Assembly: GCA_003599175.1 (NCBI GenBank)
Contig: QZIY01000020.1
Coordinates: 1 to 52,159, forward strand
DNA: 52,159 bases
DNA from: Candidatus Parcubacteria bacterium
GTDB taxonomy: Bacteria > Patescibacteriota > Minisyncoccia > Phycocordibacterales > UBA2100
Reading direction: 5' to 3'
In this document: piece after piece, positions 47,359 through 52,159 of the stretch
Numbering within the stretch: position 1 is the stretch's first letter
Layout: each line of letters starts with the position of its first letter
Notes under the pieces: generated by a model
What the model saw: only the letters and a program-made list of their open reading frames with translations
What the model was told of the DNA's origin: nothing
The model's database searches: none
Program-made: the position numbers and the translations under genes

Positions 47359-48920
47359 CACAAGAGAGCAAAAAAGCGATCATTATTGGCGCGGGGCCAG
47401 CGGGGCTCACTGCCGCATACGAGCTTTTGAAGCGCACTGATATCAAGCCGATCGTGCTTGAGCGTGATCCGGTGTACGTCGGTGGTATTTCAAAAACGGT
47501 CAACTACAAGGGCAACCGCATCGACATCGGCGGACATCGCTTTTTCTCCAAATCCGACGTGATTATGAAATGGTGGGGCGAAATGCTGCCGGTCAAAACA
47601 GACGACGCTGCGGGAAAAAATATTACGTACCAAAACACCACGCGCGCACTCACCGAAGGCATGCCGATTGCAACGGGCGCGGAGGGAGACCGCGTGATGC
47701 ATGTGAGGCCGCGCAAGACGCGCATTGTGTACGGTGGCAAATTTTTTGCGTATCCGGTCGAGCTTTCTTTGAATACGCTTCTCAATCTTGGATTCTGGAA
47801 GGTACTCAGGATAGGAATTACCTATACCAAGGCCGTACTATTTCCGATTCGGCCAGAAAAGACGCTCGAAGATTTTTTTATCAATCGCTTCGGCACCGAG
47901 CTCTACAAAACGTTTTTCAAATCGTATACGGAAAAGGTGTGGGGCGTCTCCTGCAAAGAGATGTCGGCAGAATGGGGTGCGCAGCGCGTGAAAGGGCTTT
48001 CGATTATCAAGGCCGTGCAGCATGCCGCGAAAAAGGTGATGCAGATTGGGCCGCTCTCGGGAAAATCGGTCGAAACCTCACTCATCGAACAATTTTTGTA
48101 TCCTACATATGGCCCCGGATATATGTGGGAAATCGTTGCGGAAAAGATAAAGGAAATGGGTGGTCAAATCGTGATGGGTGCGAGTGTAGAACGAGTGCAG
48201 TGCGTGGAGGGTGGATTTGTGGTCACCGCAAAAACCACGGAAGGTAGGAAAGACTATGCGGGCGAATACGTGTTTTCGACGACCGATGTGAAAGCGCTTG
48301 CGCGCATGATGGAGCCAGCACTTCCTGAAGACGTGCGAAAGATCGCGGACGCTCTACAGTATCGCGATTTTCTCACCGTCGGGCTTCTCTTGCGCGATAA
48401 GCCCAAAGAGCCAAACGGAGAACTACTTCTCGATACATGGATGTACGTGCATGAGCCGGGCGTCGATGTAGGCCGCCTGCAGCTCTTTCACAACTGGAAT
48501 CCGCACATGGTCGCCAATCAGTCTCACGGTTGGATCGGGCTCGAATATTTTTGCAATGAGGGCGATGCGCTTTGGAATCGCGACGATGCGGAGTTGGTAA
48601 AGCAGGGCGAAAGAGAATTGCGTCACATTGGTCTTCTTAAAGACAATGTGGTTCTGGATGGTACCGTACTCCGCCAACCAAAAGCGTATCCCGGCTATTT
48701 CGGCGCATACGCGGAGTTTCCAAAGGTGCGCGCCGCATTCGACGCGATTCCAAACCTCTTCTTGATCGGCCGCAATGGTATGCATCGCTACAACAATCAG
48801 GACCACTCTATGCTCGCAGCGATCGGCGCCGTCGACAACGTAATCGAAGGAAGAACGAATAATTCAAATCTGTGGCAAATTAACACGGAAGAGGAATATC
48901 ACGAGGAAAAGAAGGTATAA
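47355..48920 (+). CDS. FAD-dependent oxidoreductase (UDP-galactopyranose mutase/protoporphyrinogen oxidase-like)
   Basis: [39 protein letters not shown]. Confidence 0.88.
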   Translation: MTQESKKAIIIGAGPAGLTAAYELLKRTDIKPIVLERDPVYVGGISKTVNYKGNRIDIGGHRFFSKSDVIMKWWGEMLPVKTDDAAGKNITYQNTTRALTEGMPIATGAEGDRVMHVRPRKTRIVYGGKFFAYPVELSLNTLLNLGFWKVLRIGITYTKAVLFPIRPEKTLEDFFINRFGTELYKTFFKSYTEKVWGVSCKEMSAEWGAQRVKGLSIIKAVQHAAKKVMQIGPLSGKSVETSLIEQFLYPTYGPGYMWEIVAEKIKEMGGQIVMGASVERVQCVEGGFVVTAKTTEGRKDYAGEYVFSTTDVKALARMMEPALPEDVRKIADALQYRDFLTVGLLLRDKPKEPNGELLLDTWMYVHEPGVDVGRLQLFHNWNPHMVANQSHGWIGLEYFCNEGDALWNRDDAELVKQGERELRHIGLLKDNVVLDGTVLRQPKAYPGYFGAYAEFPKVRAAFDAIPNLFLIGRNGMHRYNNQDHSMLAAIGAVDNVIEGRTNNSNLWQINTEEEYHEEKKV

Positions 48921-48966
48921 AAAGATAAGTTGTAGAGAAGGAAGCTGCCGTGATAGCATTGCCCTA

Positions 48967-51057
48967 ATGAAGGTGGCTCAGGACGTGTTGCGATGGATCG
49001 TTATAGCAATGGTCTTTGCACTTCCCATTGTGCCCTTTATCGTCGCCGACGGCCTGTTTTTTCCCTACATCGTCGGCAAGAATTTTGTCTTCCGCATCCT
49101 CGTCGAGATCATGGCCTCTTTCTGGCTCGCGCTTGCTGTCTGTATGCCGCAGTACCGGCCGCGACGATCGTGGGTACTCGGTGCATTCGCGCTCTTCGTA
49201 CTCATCATTGGCATTGCCGATGTTTTTGGTGCGTATCCATTCAAGAGCATCTGGAGCAACTTCGAGCGCATGGAAGGGTGGGTGACGCTCGCGCACATGC
49301 TTGCGTACCTCGTTGTGACCGCGTCGGTCTTGAATACTGAGAATTTCTGGCGGCGACTGTTCCAGATATCGATCATTGCGTCGATGCTCCTTTCGCTCAA
49401 GGGATTCATGCAGGTCGTGGGTCTCGCCGCGCTCGGACAAGGAGGAGCCGCAGGACTTACCGCTCGTATCGATGCCACCTTCGGGAATCCGATTTATCTC
49501 GCCGCCTACATGCTCTTCCATATTTTCATTGCGGCGATGTTCTGGATGCAGATGCGCACCGTGCGTCCGGCAAAGGAGCAGCTGTGGCCGGCCATTTTTT
49601 ACTGCTCCGCAATCGTCTTGGATACCACTGCGCTCCTTCTCACGGGTACGCGCGGTACGATGCTCGGTCTTATCGGCGGTGCCTTCCTCACACTCCTTCT
49701 CCTCGCCCTCGGGTCGAGAAATAGGACGTGGCGCTACGCTGTCGTGGGCTTTTTTGCCGGCCTTGTTGTCTTCGGTGGTGCTGTATGGGCCGCACGCGAT
49801 AGCGCGATCGTGCAGAATGTCGTCTTCCTCAATCGTCTTTCATCGATTTCTCTCGGCGAGGCGACCGTGAAGGCGCGCTTTCTCAATATGGGGATGGCGT
49901 GGGAGGGTGTGAAGGAGCGGCCGATACTCGGTTGGGGGCAGGAGAACTATGCACTCGTCTTCGACAAGTACTACGACCCGCGCATGTACGCACAGGAGCA
50001 GTGGTTTGACCGCGTGCACAACAGCATCTTCGATTGGTGGATTGCGGGGGGCACGCTCGGCCTCCTCGCGTTCCTGGGCGTTTTCGCGGCTACGCTCTGG
50101 GTCCTCTGGCGACCGAGCGGCGAGCGAGGAAGTACTGAGCTCAGCAGAGCGAACGTGAGATCGATTTTTGGCTTCGGCGGTGCGAGCGCGTTCACGCACG
50201 AAGAGAGGAGCGTTCTCACGGGCCTCCTCGCCGGCTATTTCTTCCACAATCTCACGGTCTTCGACAACATCACGAGTTCGATACTTTTTATAACGGTGCT
50301 CGGATATATCGCGTATCGCGAAATCGCTGCATCTGCGGCCGCGCCAATCGTAAAAGCAGTATTCATTCCGGAAAAGATGCTTCCTATTGTTGGGATTGCA
50401 GGTGTGATTCTTATGTTCGTTTCGATTTGGGGCATCAACGGGAGCGCATATACAGCGAATGCGACACTCATCCAGGCAATGCAAGGGCAGCCGGGCGGCG
50501 TCGCGCAAAATCTCGAGCTGTTTAAAAAAACCATTTCCTACCAATCACTCGGCACACAGGAGGCGCGCGAACAGCTCGCCCAAATCACACAGGCAGTTCT
50601 CGGATCAAATCAAGTCTCTGACGAACTTAAAACGCAATTTGTGCAACTTGCGGTGAGTGAGCTCGATGCGCAAGCGGCGGCTTCTCCACTTGATGCGCGC
50701 TTTCCCTTGTTTGCGGGCGGCGTGTTGGATGCTGCAGGTCTCTACAAAGAGGCGACCGGTTACTACCAAAAAGCACATGAGCTCTCGCCGGGCAAGCAAT
50801 CGATTTTGTATCAACTGGGACAGAATGCCATGTTGCAAAACAACGAAACGGACGCCGTCCGGTATTTCAAGGAGGCGTATGAACTGGAGAAATCAAACTT
50901 CACAGCGCTCAAATACTACGTCGCGATTTTATACATGGCCGGAGACTCTGATGAAGCACTCGAGGTGCTCGAGACGGCAGCCGCTTCGTATCCGCAGCAG
51001 AAGGCGGGGGTTGAAGAGCTCATGCAGGAGGTAAAGAATAAGACGCTCAAGCTTTAG
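48967..51057 (+). CDS. O-antigen ligase (Wzy_C) family protein with C-terminal TPR region
   Basis: TFGNPIYLA, TGTRG, RPILGWGQENY, DRVHN. Multi-TM with a TPR-like tail. Confidence 0.88.
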   Translation: MKVAQDVLRWIVIAMVFALPIVPFIVADGLFFPYIVGKNFVFRILVEIMASFWLALAVCMPQYRPRRSWVLGAFALFVLIIGIADVFGAYPFKSIWSNFERMEGWVTLAHMLAYLVVTASVLNTENFWRRLFQISIIASMLLSLKGFMQVVGLAALGQGGAAGLTARIDATFGNPIYLAAYMLFHIFIAAMFWMQMRTVRPAKEQLWPAIFYCSAIVLDTTALLLTGTRGTMLGLIGGAFLTLLLLALGSRNRTWRYAVVGFFAGLVVFGGAVWAARDSAIVQNVVFLNRLSSISLGEATVKARFLNMGMAWEGVKERPILGWGQENYALVFDKYYDPRMYAQEQWFDRVHNSIFDWWIAGGTLGLLAFLGVFAATLWVLWRPSGERGSTELSRANVRSIFGFGGASAFTHEERSVLTGLLAGYFFHNLTVFDNITSSILFITVLGYIAYREIAASAAAPIVKAVFIPEKMLPIVGIAGVILMFVSIWGINGSAYTANATLIQAMQGQPGGVAQNLELFKKTISYQSLGTQEAREQLAQITQAVLGSNQVSDELKTQFVQLAVSELDAQAAASPLDARFPLFAGGVLDAAGLYKEATGYYQKAHELSPGKQSILYQLGQNAMLQNNETDAVRYFKEAYELEKSNFTALKYYVAILYMAGDSDEALEVLETAAASYPQQKAGVEELMQEVKNKTLKL

Positions 51058-51094
51058 CTCTAGCGCATTTTTCAGGGATTGGTACGATGATAAA

Positions 51095-51190
51095 AGAGGA
51101 AGCTCCGTAGAGCGGAGGGCGGCGGCACTCACATAAGACTTTCACTTTGGAGCTCGCACCCGTCCTCCGCTTTGTGGGGCTTTTTTGTTT
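51095..51190 (+). ncRNA. Candidate small RNA 1 (23-bp closing stem, 37-nt loop)
   Basis: 51100-51122 pairs fully with 51160-51182 (18 WC + 5 G-U). TACGAT at 51083-51088 and a 3' U tract. Confidence 0.5.
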
Positions 51191-51215
51191 CTGTAAAAAG
51201 GTTTATACTTGCCGT

Positions 51216-51295
51216 GTTGAGTGCCCACAAGATTGTGAGTACTTCCAAGATCGAAAGTCGCGAAGTATCCCGCTCACGCGGGATTCTTCGTTTTT
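51216..51295 (+). ncRNA. Candidate small RNA 2
   Basis: TATACT at 51204-51209, hairpin 51219-51244, terminator 51261-51295. Confidence 0.4.
51261..51295 (+). terminator. Rho-independent terminator
   Basis: cgaagtatcccgc-tcac-gcgggattcttcg (12/13 bp) followed by TTTTT. Confidence 0.75.
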
Positions 51296-51348
51296 AAAGT
51301 TTTCAGAATAGGAGACGGAGAGTCCTGCTTCGCTAAAGCTACGCAGGA

Positions 51349-51392
51349 TAAAAAGAAAACATATGAACAACTGTTCATATGTTTTCTTTTTA
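51349..51392. repeat. Perfect 21-bp inverted repeat
   Basis: taaaaagaaaacatatgaaca-ac-tgttcatatgttttcttttta. Confidence 0.9.
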
Positions 51393-51394
51393 AG

Positions 51395-51403
51395 TTATCC
51401 ACA
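51395..51403 (+). promoter_or_regulatory. Consensus DnaA box
   Basis: TTATCCACA exact match in an AT-rich intergenic region. Confidence 0.5.
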
Positions 51404-51523
51404 CATGCATAGTAAATTCACACATTGTGCATACTTCGGTGCAATAATTATTAAAACGCATTGCATACATTTACTTTTATGCGTGCGGGTCGAACTTAGC
51501 ATCAAAAAAATTTAAATAATCCT

Positions 51524-51589
51524 ATGGCAGCTAAAAAGCGCAAGAAGGCAGCAAAGAAGAAGAAGGCGACGAAGAAGAAGCGCGTCTAG
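51524..51589 (+). CDS. 21-aa Lys/Arg-rich micropeptide
   Basis: MAAKKRKKAAKKKKATKKKRV, with an A-rich leader and its own terminator. Confidence 0.65.
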   Translation: MAAKKRKKAAKKKKATKKKRV

Positions 51590-51608
51590 TCTTTCTTCTA
51601 GAAGAAAG

Positions 51609-51643
51609 AAAACAATCCCTCCGAGCGGAGGGGTTGTTTTTTT
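51609..51643 (+). terminator. Rho-independent terminator
   Basis: aaaacaatccctcc-gagc-ggaggggttgtttt followed by TTT. Confidence 0.8.
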
Positions 51644-51698
51644 GATATAGGGGCTCTTAGCATTCGAAGGTCTTTTGCGGTAGGATAATGGACTACAT

Positions 51699-52159
51699 AT
51701 GGCGTTTTGGAATAAGTGGTTTTCCGAAGACAGTGGTGCCCTGAAGCGAGCGATGCCGATCGTGGAAGCGACCAATGCGCACGAAGCGACAATGAAAGCG
51801 CTCTCGGACGAGCAGTTGAAGCAGAAAACAGCCGAATTTAAGGAGCGCCTTGCGAAGGGCGAGGATCTGGAAAAACTGGCGCCAGAAGCATTTGCCGCAG
51901 TGCGCGAGGCCGCCCGCCGAACCCTCGGGCTTCGGCACTTCGATGTGCAGCTCATCGGCGGCATTATCCTCCATCGTCGTGGAATCGCCGAAATGAAAAC
52001 CGGCGAAGGAAAAACGCTCGTCGCCACCTTGCCCGTCTATCTCAACGCACTCACGGGCAAGGGTGTCCATGTCATTACCGTCAACGACTACCTCTCACGC
52101 CGCGACGGCGTATGGATGGGTCAGGTGTACCACGCGCTCGGTATGACGGTCGGTATCAT
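51699..52159 (+). CDS. secA: Preprotein translocase subunit SecA (5' part; runs off the window)
   Basis: Translates to [44 protein letters not shown]. Confidence 0.96.
   Translation, partial: MAFWNKWFSEDSGALKRAMPIVEATNAHEATMKALSDEQLKQKTAEFKERLAKGEDLEKLAPEAFAAVREAARRTLGLRHFDVQLIGGIILHRRGIAEMKTGEGKTLVATLPVYLNALTGKGVHVITVNDYLSRRDGVWMGQVYHALGMTVGI

Noticed and set aside
1-52159. CRISPR array, rRNA/tRNA genes, IS/integrase, alternative genetic code
   Set aside because: No regularly spaced repeats, RNA-gene signatures or recombinase ORFs were seen. Genes translate full length with TAA/TAG/TGA all used as stops.

Overview
This window is a ~51 kb surface-glycan (glycosylation) island that ends at the 5' part of secA. 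Most genes lack a Shine-Dalgarno site and several have a TAnnnT box 6-9 nt before the ATG; together with the short UDP-sugar dehydrogenase and compact ATGA overlaps, this suggests a Patescibacteria/Parcubacteria (CPR) genome (inference, not proven). Ordinary components are GT2/GT4/GT-C transferases, rmlABD, nonulosonic-acid genes (2x neuB, neuA, neuC, spsF), an ABC flippase, GtrA and an O-antigen-ligase/TPR protein. The island also carries four unusual tailoring modules. (1) A sulfur module: a pyruvate kinase::ATP sulfurylase fusion, CysC, a sulfotransferase, a [4Fe-4S]-type APS reductase and UDP-sulfoquinovose synthase. (2) A PKS-like stand-alone AAC(3)-FkbH-ACP-MaoC-SDR operon plus AcpS, predicted to make an ACP-bound glyceryl/lactyl group for N-acylating a sugar. 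(3) An antibiotic-type 2,6-dideoxy-3-C-methyl sugar set. (4) A DUF692-like metalloenzyme inside the nonulosonate operon. Features missed by the ORF track: a PIN toxin-antitoxin pair bracketed by a 53-bp duplication of a gene's 5' end, two tandem candidate sRNAs, a perfect 21-bp inverted repeat next to a DnaA box, and a 21-aa Lys-rich micropeptide before secA. All product calls come from motif recognition; no database searches were run.
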